The notes under the pieces are model-generated. The model had not been told where the DNA came from and ran no database searches. It was given only the letters and a program-made list of their open reading frames with translations. Positions 11,075-21,609 of a stretch of DNA of 64,000 bases are shown here, piece after piece. The translations under genes and the position numbers were made by a program. The number at the start of each line of letters is the position of its first letter. Position 1 is the first letter of the stretch. Origin of the DNA: Eukaryota sp. TZLM1-RC (Eukaryota > Protista > Metamonada: BaSk clade); NCBI GenBank assembly GCA_040285825.1, contig JAUPSS010000007.1, forward strand, positions 2,888,689 through 2,952,688, given 5' to 3'.

Positions 11075-12190
11075 TTCACTTCATTTGCACTCATCCACAA
11101 CATGAATCATATTAAGAACAGCATTGACATTACGATTCCATAGACATCCACACTTCTTGCAAGTGAGTAATCCATCTCTTAGGACCATTGGAGTCTTTGC
11201 TCTCCTGTAAGGTCTTGGATTAGGTACTCGATGTTTCATTACATTTTCACCTTCTTTTTCCTTGAGTACACATACATGACATCGACAACTTGTTCTATAT
11301 TCATCCAGTAGCAATAAACGGCAGTTGGTTGGTTTCCAATCACCCATTACTACAATGTTATCTTCTGGACCTCCAAACTTATTTTCAAATTCATTCATCC
11401 ATTTTGCTTAAAACCTCTCTGTGGCCATGAATCTTCACAGTTTCATCACTCTTTATTATTCTTTAGTAAAAAGCTCCAATTTGGAGAGAAGAGTTGTTTT
11501 TTTACCTTGCAGTAGTTTAGGAATTTTTCATGTTCCGAGGTTTTTTTGAAAACTGTTTTAATTCTTCTTCCCACTCTTTTACAGTTTTGTTTTGAATAAT
11601 CCATGATTCTTTAGCATTCTTATAGAATTTTTGATGGTCTTTGTTCAGAGTTTCTCTTCTTTGTTGAGGAGCAGTCAACCTCTTGAAGGCATATTCCTTT
11701 AATTTTGTTTTCTTGTTTCAATTTGGAGGAGGATTTTGTTTTTGTTTGAAGTTTAAAATCTTTTGTTTTGTCTTTTTGTCTTGTTCATTCTGTTAATTAA
11801 ACCTCTATTTCTTTCTTTGTTTTCTTCATGACGCCATTCGTCCCATTTTAATCTTGAATCTGTTGGGCTTGAGTGTGGTTCAGTTAACATGTTGGGATTT
11901 GGACAATATAATTTTCAATTCCTAGCCATCAATTGGTCCCAAAATAGTAATGCCAGGGTCAATTACTTTGAAGTTGCAATACATAATAAATAAGCTATAA
12001 TATAAATTCTTAAACAAAAATAAGCATGAAATCAGGTATTCTTGTGGGTTGACTCTTAAACAGTAATTCAATCTTTGAATTTTTTTTAAATAACAAAAAA
12101 ATGGGTTTAGATTTTGATGTAAAATTATAATTCTTGGAAACAACAGTTCTTTGAGGCTGTCAATAATCAAAACTTGATTAGGTAGAGTCA
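11075..12190 (-). pseudogene. Degenerate Fanzor (Fanzor1-like, TnpB-derived RuvC nuclease)
   Basis: Collinear motifs across frames: VNPQEYLISC; RuvC-I VIDPG..L...DG (~11925-11970); FKRLTAPQQRRET...KTVKEWEEEL..F (11520-11700); KFGGPEDNIVVMGDW; DEYRTSCRCHVC; GLLTCKKC..LWNRNVNAVLNM. Confidence 0.8.
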
Positions 12191-12429
12191 ATTTAATCTT
12201 ATAGAAGATCTTGATCGCTCAACAGAAAGAGGAAATGATAATGTGAAAAGTGAAGCACAATACAGCAAGCGTTGCGGAAATAACAAAGAGAATGAGTAAA
12301 CAGCTGCAAAGAGACTGTCTGTATCAGTAGTAATGCAAAACAATAATGAGGTTACTTTTGAAAAATAAGGAATTATCAATTAACAAATTTCAAAAAAGTT
12401 TTTCTGAATAGATCTCGTAAAAAGTTTAA

Positions 12430-13540
12430 TTCCACTTTCTTGTTAAATGGAATTGTTTTTTGCATTTTCAAGTCTATTCCAACAATGATTTCAAAGGCAC
12501 TTTTAGCTGTCGGTGTAGAATATGAACGTAATGCTGTGAGTAGGTTCAGTAATAGTGAGGCTTGTTTGGAGAATATTGAATACTGGATAAGATCCTATTT
12601 CAGTAACAATACAGTACCTAAAAAATATTGTCAAATTTCGTTGTTTTAAACAAAAATCCAAGTTTTCAAAACCTTTTTACATCCTTTTCTGCAATTTGGT
12701 GCATGTGAATCTTAAGGAAACGAAACTTCAGGGTGGAATTTCTTGAATATAGGCAGGAAAGCATTTGAACTAGATGTGAGAATCCAATTGCATTTTGCAA
12801 AGCCACTGAATAATCACTCACACAATGTTCTATTAAATGTTGGTTTTCAGGAAAATTTTTTGGTTTTCTGGCAACAGAGATGAGAGACATTGGCTAGTGG
12901 AAAGAAATGTCAAATAATGTAGTTTGATAATGAAGTGGTATTTATTGAACATGCACATTTGATTAAATTAATTCATAACTAATGGGACGAATATCATTAA
13001 ACCAAGATTTCCTCTACAAAATCTTGATCTGCTTGCGGTCTAGCTAAAGCTTCTCTAATTCGATTAAAAAGCCGAAGTAATCCATTAATAAAGGCAAATT
13101 GAAATCGTGAACGCCATAAAAGATATCAAATCTTTTCATTGTTTTTTCTTGCACTATTTTTTGGAAGTCATTCAAAAAAGTTTCTGCTTCAATTGATAAT
13201 CTTCCGTTTATCGAAAATGGGAAAGCAATGAAAACTAGCTGTGTATTTCTACCAGCACTAACTTCAATTTCTTTATCATTTTTTCTATGTTTTTCTTTCG
13301 CTTTAAATTCAAGAGCACTTACAGGATTGAGTTTTCTTCTGTGAACCAAACTATCATTTGCAACATAACATGAGACAAAGTCAACAATAGCTTCAGAGTT
13401 ATCAATTCAATTACAGTATACATCACCTCTATCATCAGAACCAAAATTATTCAGAGAAAGTGTTTCCTTCAGCAGAGGCTCTTTGAAACACGATATTCTT
13501 GCAGTTTGTGCCATATTGAAAACAGTGTCTCTAACAGTTT
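12430..13540. mobile_element. Cluster of decayed CRE-like fragments: family G 3' end (+, 12430-12590), family F piece (-, 12650-12870), family B 3' part (-, 12940-13540)
   Basis: Similar to 40800-40965, 28750-28950 and 21620-22220 respectively. Confidence 0.8.
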
Positions 13541-14262
13541 GATATAAATCAATTTGACCTTTTCAAAACAAATTTTGTTTTGTATTTCATTGGATTTACT
13601 CATCAATCACAATGAATGACAATCACAACACTTTTTACACTGAGATTGCACACACGTAACTAACGTCACTGACAATATTTTTGAAGGTTGATGCAACAAA
13701 AATCCATTCCAACACTAACAGTCCCACCACCAATTTCTCCCTCTCTTCTTCATCTTTCCAAACATAATGATGCCCCACAACTACGACTTTGTGATGGAAT
13801 GACGATATCAACTACCTATAGGCACACCTCAAAGATTTATTTCATTGATTTTGAAATTATTAGAAATATTGATAACAAAAAATCCAGTACTGACAGCTGA
13901 ATTAAACCATTTTTCAGCAGTGGAAGAACAAGTTGCAGAATAAGCACATTTGGGTCATTAGACTGTAATACATTCTACTCTAAACAACAGAATAACTTCC
14001 ATTATTTCTTCAAATTTTTGTCCAAAATCTAGCTTCAAAGCTACGGATTGTTCCAGAAAAGAAATCGGCTCACCGAGATTGGTGGCCAATAATGGAGCAT
14101 TCTAGAAGGTCTGTGGACGGTCTCACCAAGGATGAAAGTTTTTGGAATAAGTTTAAATGATATTTGAAGACAGTAAGTATGCCTGAAACACACAGAAGCA
14201 AAAAAAATACAAGTTATCCAAATTTGGAAGTTTGGTGTAGTTTTGATAGTCCCTTTCCGCTA

Positions 14263-15690
14263 ATGAGCTCTCGGTTTGATCTGATCACCGAGCCTCTCAA
14301 TGACTCAAAAGAACGTTCTACATTTGAGGACATACTACACAATGTCCGATCAATGTTTCCTTCAGAGATACCGGAGTTCACTACACCTCGCACAGGCTCT
14401 TATGAACCTTACGTGATTTCCGACGAAGATACTGCAATATCCCCTTCTTTTGATCGCACTTCTCCTAGATCTGAAATCCCCCACACTTTTCTTAACCCTT
14501 TGAATGTAGAACCTCCACTTGGGTCCTTTACCGGGTCATCTCTCTTTCTCAAGGATGAAATGCCAACTCCAACTCCTACTCTTGCAGCAACTCGTACACC
14601 AGCCCCAAGACCAAGGACCACTTCATCTACAAGCACAATGAGCACAAGTTCTACTGACCATGCAGTTTCTAGAATCAAGAAGAAACCCCCAAAACCAGCA
14701 TTTGAAGTTGAAGTAGACATTACTAGTTCTCCGGCATCCAGTGTTGGAGTAGTGGAACCCATTAGGAAGAAAGAAGCAAAAAAGAATTCTGGAAAGCGCT
14801 CAAAAAGGTCAAAAAGGTCTCCAAAAGTTCACCAGGAAACCAACCAATCAGCCAACCAATCAGCCTCCCAATCAATAACTGAATCAGTTCCTATTCAACC
14901 TTGTGATGATCCTTCGTCACTATTGGATCATGGTTTGGTTGATAACTATCTTCTTTCATTTAATAATTTTTCTTATTTTGTTTCTGGTTTTCTTCCTTTA
15001 CCAATTCGAAGACCTAGAAATAGCTCAGAATTAGAAACAGTCCAGAAAAGTCAATGGGGACCACTTTATCAACCTTCTCTTTTTGAACTGATTGCCTCAT
15101 TATTGATCCCTTTGTTTGTTCGATTTTATTTCTTAATTAAGCTAATATTTGGTGTTTTTGCTATCGGCTTTGCTGGCTTTACAAGATTAAATATTCTGGT
15201 TTTTACGATTTTTGTGCGGTTTCCTTTGAATTTCTTTTTTGCATCTTTTCTATTTATATTCAAATATGCTTTAAGTTTTGATTTTTTTAGGTGTGATTCA
15301 GTTGCTTCTTTTCTGTTTTATTGGTCTTTTCTTCTTTTATACAGCAGTAATCTCATTTTAAAGAAATTTTACTCTGGAATTGTTACCAAAATCTTGATTC
15401 TGCTATTTGGGATTTTAATAAGACCATGTTTTTTAAAACTACTTTCAGAGTATTCTCTGTTTGTAATGGTGTACATCATCAATTCTATTAGAATGAAAAC
15501 TTATTATAGGTTTAGTTCTTTGCTAGGATTACTCTGTAAGTTAGTTTTAATGTTTTTTGTGAAGGGATTTTTCCTTTTGTATTTGGGTCTTTTGCTTGAA
15601 CCATTCTGCTTCTTACCATATTTATATACTAACTATCGTGCAAGATCTATCGGAATTAGATCAAGATTTAGCAGAAAAAGAACAAAGTAA
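14263..15690 (+). CDS. Hypothetical protein: disordered S/T/P/K-rich N-half and multi-pass hydrophobic C-half (475 aa)
   Basis: Long uninterrupted ORF. Likely ATG at 14263 (MSSRFDLITEPL), though an in-frame ATG exists further upstream. Several Phe/Leu-rich TM-like segments and a basic C-tail. Confidence 0.7.
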   Translation: MSSRFDLITEPLNDSKERSTFEDILHNVRSMFPSEIPEFTTPRTGSYEPYVISDEDTAISPSFDRTSPRSEIPHTFLNPLNVEPPLGSFTGSSLFLKDEMPTPTPTLAATRTPAPRPRTTSSTSTMSTSSTDHAVSRIKKKPPKPAFEVEVDITSSPASSVGVVEPIRKKEAKKNSGKRSKRSKRSPKVHQETNQSANQSASQSITESVPIQPCDDPSSLLDHGLVDNYLLSFNNFSYFVSGFLPLPIRRPRNSSELETVQKSQWGPLYQPSLFELIASLLIPLFVRFYFLIKLIFGVFAIGFAGFTRLNILVFTIFVRFPLNFFFASFLFIFKYALSFDFFRCDSVASFLFYWSFLLLYSSNLILKKFYSGIVTKILILLFGILIRPCFLKLLSEYSLFVMVYIINSIRMKTYYRFSSLLGLLCKLVLMFFVKGFFLLYLGLLLEPFCFLPYLYTNYRARSIGIRSRFSRKRTK

Positions 15691-16559
15691 ACTCAAATAA
15701 ATTAATGGGAATTTTTCTTTTGTTCCATTAATTACCCTTTATTAAACAGAAATTGACTCATTTCATACAATCAACATGCAAAAAGCTATTTTTTTAGTTT
15801 TTTTGAAAAGTCATGTCATAATCAATAATAAGTATCTATCTATTTATTTTACGGATTGAGGACTGTTTTTGAATTAATATTTTTTTGTGTATAAAAATGA
15901 GTCCCATTTAATAAATTCTTCAATAAATATGCAAGAGATATAAATGGCCTGATATTTTTTGATTGCATTAACTCGTAATACTAATAAAAAACTCAATATT
16001 ATTTGTGGCATTCAGTACTTGAAGCTAGAATTTGTCAACATTGGTTGTAGTTCAAGTGCTAGCAAGTGGATTGTTCACTGATTACACGTCACCAATAAAT
16101 CATTTGTTGGGGATGTTGCATTAAGCTCTCTTAACTTCTCCATTTATTAGATTAAACAATATAATAATTTGTTTCGAAAAACTTTGCAACAGTGCATGAA
16201 TGTTGTCAAAGTTTGTAATTGTTGCAAAGAACCGTGCAAGTAATATTTTCCACAAGTCTTTTGAAAGAAATACGATTGTATAGGGTGCGATATAGGGTGC
16301 GATTTGGAAATGAATTCCTGTCAGCCTAAACAAAGTACCTTATCATTATCTCAAGATTTGGAATTCACATTCATTGGCCCTAATGATTAACCTAGTTATT
16401 TTCAAGATAATGTATTAGTCTATTTATTTTGTTTTTGTCATTATATTTCTTATTTTGAAAAATATTTATTTATCAGAAATTATTTGAAAATTTATTCCTA
16501 GAACAGCTACATTTTAAAACTTAACCAAAAACCTTGACTAAAGCTTTTACCTACTTAAA

Positions 16560-17700
16560 CTATATCAATTGAATGACGAAAGGTTTTCGCTAATCACTTG
16601 CTCAGCAACTCGCTTGTTATAAAACTCCGTAATGTTATTCAAAATGGAATTATTATAATGAGGAAGTGCTTTCAAATTACAATTCTGTTCTTCTAAATGT
16701 GACAATCAAATGTACAACCACTTTCTTTGAGAAGGGTTCCTAAATCATGTAAAAAGTTTAGACTTTCACTTTCAATGGCACCAAAAATTGAAATTGCGAT
16801 TGCGACAAATTTGATGTTTCTGCCTCTTGCTCCATTAAGAAGTTGTAGAACTTCGTACTTTGGTTTCTTGCAAAGCTCTACAATTTTGAGTAATTGTTGA
16901 ATGTCAGAATTGCAACTCCTTTTCTACAAAAATACAGTGGTACAATCAATAATTAGTTCCATCATACCAAGCACAATGAATGTCTGTCACTTCTTTTTTT
17001 TGCTCAAACTAAAATTTAAGTAATCAAACAACGGTTCTGAACGAACTGGATGATGATCACATTTTAACAGATCATTAATACAATCTCGAACAGCATTATG
17101 GATAATTGATCTTGTTTGAGTGAATTTACTGCAGGAAATAATGTGATCAAAAGAAGCACAAGCACAAGCACCACATTTACATTTTTCATTTGATAAACAT
17201 TGATAAGGAGAAGAAGGGGTAGATTAAGTCTTATTGGCATGACTGTCAAAAATTGAATATATGATAGCAAAAATCAGAAATGGCGAGGAACTTGTGTTAT
17301 CAAACAAGATGAACTATTTAAATAAGAATGCGAACTGCTCAAAGAAGACAAAAATAATTTCAAAGAAAAATCACCAAAGTTATGAGCCATAGTAATTTGG
17401 TTGTTCTGTAATTCTGATTCAAAATAATTAATATTGTGCCTCTGTAGTTTAGGAACAGTTCTTAAAAAGTTTGTTAAATCTTTAATTTCCATTGATGAAA
17501 AGTCAACGTTTGAAGGAAATATCGATTTCCAGGAATCATTGGAACAATTTTCCAAAAAGGTACGTGAAATTTTCATTGCAACCGAAGAAGAGTTATTCGC
17601 CAAATAAATCCATTGATGAGGAGACCTTAAAGCAAGTTCAAACACAAAGTTCTTGATTCCACCTAAAAACGCAGCATTTGATAAAATAGGTCAACGTGAA
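16560..17700 (-). mobile_element. Old degenerate CRE-like element related to family E
   Basis: KDLTNFLRTVPKLQ and SSCLITQVPRHF match family E (53633-55138); many stops and frameshifts. Confidence 0.8.
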
Positions 17701-17818
17701 ATTGAAGAATGAAAACAAAACATTAAAAATGAAAACCACAGAATTCCACTCCTTTCATCATCATATTCCAATAATCTCAACAGATTACTATTACTTGGCA
17801 TTTTTCTGCTTTTAGTCA

Positions 17819-19036
17819 ATGTCAGTTCTCGATCGACCCGCTGTTGTTATTGATAATGGTACGGGTTATACCAAACTTGGATATGCTGGTCAAAACATTC
17901 CCAATTACATTGTCCCTTCTGCTGTTGCACACAACTTCAAAAAGCCAAGAACAATAACATCAAACTCATTTCCCGATATGGATTTTTTCATCGGCGATGA
18001 AGCTCTCAAGATGGCTCGCACTTATGAAGTGGACTACCCTCTTAAACATGGCCAGATCGAAAACTGGGACATGATGGAAAAGTACTGGCATTCTTGTATG
18101 TTTGACTATCTCCGATGTAACCCTGAAGAACACAACTTTCTTCTCACTGAACCCCCTCTCAACTCACCAGAGAACAGAGAGTACACCGCGGAAGTAATGT
18201 TTGAAACCTTTGGTGTTTCAGGTCTTTATATTGGAGTCCAGGCCGTTCTAGCGCTCTATGGTAATCTTAACCCTGAAGAAAAGGTGCCTATCACCGGAAC
18301 CATCATTGATTCAGGAGATGGTGTCACTCATATCATTCCCATTGTAGAGGGCTATGTCGTTGGCTCTGCTATCAAGCATATTCCTCTTGCTGGCCGTGAC
18401 ATTACTCAGTTCATCGCCAAAATGCTGCGTCATAGAGAAAAGAGCATTCCACCACATGAAGTTAATGCAATGGCAAGTTATGCAAAGGAACGACATTCTT
18501 ATGTATGTGGAGATTTGGCCAAAGAGTTCAACAAATTTGATGACAGACCTGCTGACAAAATCAAACAGCTCACAGGAATTGATTCAGCGTCTGGAAAACA
18601 ATTTGAATTTGACCTTGGCTATGAACGCTTTTTAGGACCAGAGCTGTTTTTTAGACCAGAAATATTCTCCACGCAGTTCACTACTCCCCTGCACGAGCTC
18701 CTTGATCAGTCTATCCAGGCATCCCCTATTGATGCTAGGAGAGCGCTCTATGGAAAAATTTGTTTATCTGGAGGTAGTACCATGTTTCCCAAGTTTGATA
18801 AGAGACTACAACGAGATTTAGCTGGCATTGTAAACCAACGAATGTCTGATATAAGGAAAAGGAGCACTCAGCATGTAGAAGATATTACAGTAAATGTTGA
18901 AACTTCACCTTTTCAGCGGTTCGCTGTTTGGTATGGTGGTTCAAAGATGGCGAGTACCCCAGAGTTTAAACACCATGTTTACACTAAGGCTGATTACGAG
19001 GAACATGGTCCAAAAAGGTTTTACTCTGTTTTATAG
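17819..19036 (+). CDS. ARP3: Actin-related protein 3 (Arp2/3 complex)
   Basis: PAVVIDNGTGYTKLGYAG, DFFIGDEAL, LTEPPLNSPENREYTAEVMFETF, GYERFLGPELFF, QRFAVWYGGS. Intronless, 405 aa. Confidence 0.96.
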   Translation: MSVLDRPAVVIDNGTGYTKLGYAGQNIPNYIVPSAVAHNFKKPRTITSNSFPDMDFFIGDEALKMARTYEVDYPLKHGQIENWDMMEKYWHSCMFDYLRCNPEEHNFLLTEPPLNSPENREYTAEVMFETFGVSGLYIGVQAVLALYGNLNPEEKVPITGTIIDSGDGVTHIIPIVEGYVVGSAIKHIPLAGRDITQFIAKMLRHREKSIPPHEVNAMASYAKERHSYVCGDLAKEFNKFDDRPADKIKQLTGIDSASGKQFEFDLGYERFLGPELFFRPEIFSTQFTTPLHELLDQSIQASPIDARRALYGKICLSGGSTMFPKFDKRLQRDLAGIVNQRMSDIRKRSTQHVEDITVNVETSPFQRFAVWYGGSKMASTPEFKHHVYTKADYEEHGPKRFYSVL

Positions 19037-19212
19037 TTTTGTAGATAAATTATTATAATTATTTATGTTATTTTGATTATTATTTTTATTAATGAATGAA
19101 GTAAAAATATATTTACAAGCACCAAGGCCACCAAACTGTTTTGGGCGATATACATTTGATTTACTGGTTAATGACCCGTATGAAAAACAAACCTAAGTTA
19201 ATTAAACCAAAG

Positions 19213-19770
19213 CTAGAGAGATTGAGACAAATCGGGCACCAAGACACTAGGTACATTCTGTCCAGTGTCAAAATAGGGGTTTGGACTTCCAGAAAGGCCC
19301 ATCGGCACGTCAAGGCCATGTAACGATGGATAAGTAGATGGCATGTGGCTCACTGTGTGCGAATTATACAAGAAACTACCAGTATTGAAAGATGGGAACG
19401 TAGGATTCAATAGAGCAGAAGATGAAAGATGAGAAAACGGTATGGGCATGGAGTGTGGCTGAACATTAGGCTGATTACAGCTAACATGAGATAATCCTGA
19501 GACCTCATTTACAGGGGTGAGCCGTGCCCTAGACTTGTTCTTACTGCGACTTCTGGTGTTTTGAAACCAAACTCGTACCTGACTTTCAATGAGACCAGCC
19601 TCGGCTGCAATAATAGCATACTCATTAGGATCTCTAGACTTTGGAAGTGGGTTTTGAAGAAACTTCTTCCATAGAATCTCATATTGCTCAGGACTATAAG
19701 CTCTACCACGCTTGCCAGAACGCTTACTGTGTTTCAATGACTTACATGCTGTTGATAATGTAGAAACCAT
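19213..19770 (-). CDS. Homeodomain transcription factor
   Basis: KRGRAYSPEQYEILWKKFLQNPLP...IAAEAGLIESQVRVWFQNTRSR, followed by an S/P/H-rich tail. Confidence 0.85.
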   Translation of the reverse strand: MVSTLSTACKSLKHSKRSGKRGRAYSPEQYEILWKKFLQNPLPKSRDPNEYAIIAAEAGLIESQVRVWFQNTRSRSKNKSRARLTPVNEVSGLSHVSCNQPNVQPHSMPIPFSHLSSSALLNPTFPSFNTGSFLYNSHTVSHMPSTYPSLHGLDVPMGLSGSPNPYFDTGQNVPSVLVPDLSQSL

Positions 19771-20149
19771 CAAACAATGTGGTGGATGGAATCAAATTTA
19801 TGATCAATTTGTTCTATCAAAAGTTGTGATTAAATACTAATTAATCACGAATTATACAACTAGTGGTATGGAGAGATTTAATATAACGCCGAAACATTTT
19901 CACAAAGGGAAAATTGTAAGGATTTGATTGAGGTTTGTACATTAAATTCAATTGTGTTTCTCTATTTTAAGTAAGTTAATGAGGTTATTTTAACAAGCAA
20001 AGACATTCTCCATCATTGACTTGGACAAGTTTCATAATTACATAAATTGCAAAAAGGAAGGGAGAAAACATTAATTTCGAAAATCCCTTTTTCGCCACTG
20101 AGTGTATGATACTTCCTCATCAAATACTTATCCAAGTGCAGTAGATCAT

Positions 20150-20521
20150 ATGCCTGTCAAAACCCGTACAGTCAAGCGTGCCGCTAAAATTATAATCGAG
20201 AAGTGGTATCCCACGCTCACTACCGACTTCGATACTAATAAAAAAGTTGTTGAAAAGGTTGCTGAGATTCCATCCAAGCGTCTCCGTAACAAGATTGCCG
20301 GATATGTCACCCATTTAATGCGTAGAATTCAAAAGGGCCCTGTCCGAGGAATCTCCTTCAAACTCCAGGAGGAAGAACGCGAACGTCGTGATAACTATGT
20401 TCCCGACACTTCTGCTATTGCTGTCGATGCCGATACCACCATCGAAGTTGATGCCCCCACCCTTGAAATGCTTACCCATTTAGGTTATGAGTTCCCCAAT
20501 GTTATCACCAACGAATTGTAA
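20150..20521 (+). CDS. RPS17: 40S ribosomal protein S17 (eS17)
   Basis: [27 protein letters not shown]...[49 protein letters not shown] at 20150. Confidence 0.96.
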   Translation: MPVKTRTVKRAAKIIIEKWYPTLTTDFDTNKKVVEKVAEIPSKRLRNKIAGYVTHLMRRIQKGPVRGISFKLQEEERERRDNYVPDTSAIAVDADTTIEVDAPTLEMLTHLGYEFPNVITNEL

Positions 20522-20769
20522 ATCCTCTCTCCTTGGATCTCTTCTTACAATTAGACATATGTGCACAATTCATTAGTCAATGGTGTGATTTCACACACAC
20601 AATAAATATAAACTTAGTTGTTTTCATGGATGATCAGGAAAACTACATTGACTTTTAAAATCATTGATAATCTAACGCTCATGGAAGTTCAACCTTTATT
20701 CACAAATGTAACAAACAAGTGAAGTTTGCTTTTTGTAGATCAATCAATATATGATTTGTCTGATTTGAC

Positions 20770-21470
20770 TGATTTAAACTTGAACTCATAACTAATGGGA
20801 CGAAATTCATTCAACCAAGATTTCCTCCAATAAATCTTGATCTGTTTGCTGTCTCGCTAAGGCCTCTCTAATTCGATTGAAAAACCGAGGCAATCTATTA
20901 ATTATAGCAAATTCAATTCGAGCGCGCCATTAAAAAATATCAAATCTTTTCATTGTTGTTTCTTGAACCATTGTTACGAAATCATTGAAAAAATTCCTGC
21001 TTCTACAGATAGTTTTTTGTTAATAGAAAATAGGAATTTCTATCAGCATTAGCTTCTTCGATATCTTTGTCATATTTTCTACGTTTTTCTTTGGCTACAA
21101 AATTCAAGAGCACTTACAGGATTAAGTTTTCTTCTTTGAACCAGAGTGTCATTTGCAACATTACAGGAGACAAAGTCAACAACAGCTTCAGAGCTCTCAA
21201 CCCAATAACAGTAGATAACACCTGTGTCATCAGAACCGACATTATTCAATGACAGTGTTTCTTTCAGCAGAGGCTCTTTGATACACAAAATTCTTGCAGT
21301 TACTGATTTATTATATTATAAACAACTTAAAAATCAACAACTCAATACTCCATCTCTCCCAGAACAAAACAACTAGATGCAACTCTCTCATAGTGAGATT
21401 CAAGAGAAAGTAGACCATTAGGAACCATCTTGAACCTCCCTTTAAAAATAGTAAACAAAATTTTATTTTG
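20770..21470 (-). mobile_element. Decayed family B 3' part (20770-21300) and family A 3' end (21330-21470)
   Basis: CIKEPLLKETLSLNN and the conserved B 3' UTR; A C-terminal sequence. Confidence 0.8.
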
Positions 21471-21609
21471 AGTTTAAAATGAATAATTGTAAAATTCCTT
21501 TTACCAATTATTCATAAGAAGCTTTTTGTGTTCTAGGTTGTTGGTTAGGAAATGTTGATGAAATTACTAAAAATCTTAACGAAATTGTTGTCAAACTTGG
21601 TACTGATCT

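Noticed and set aside
13560-14160. Slightly GC-richer stretch that could be a decayed gene
   Set aside because: No long frame or recognisable motif on either strand.
14409-14762. Antisense and overlapping short ORFs here and within the TE and host genes
   Set aside because: Shadows of real coding frames. Their recurrence reflects repeat copies, not independent genes.
16279-16303. 12-bp tandem duplication tatagggtgcga
   Set aside because: Only two units, with no associated feature.
19017-19048. Tiny GT-AG intron restoring a canonical ARP3 C-terminus
   Set aside because: Removing the 19-nt candidate does not put the downstream FCR codons in frame.
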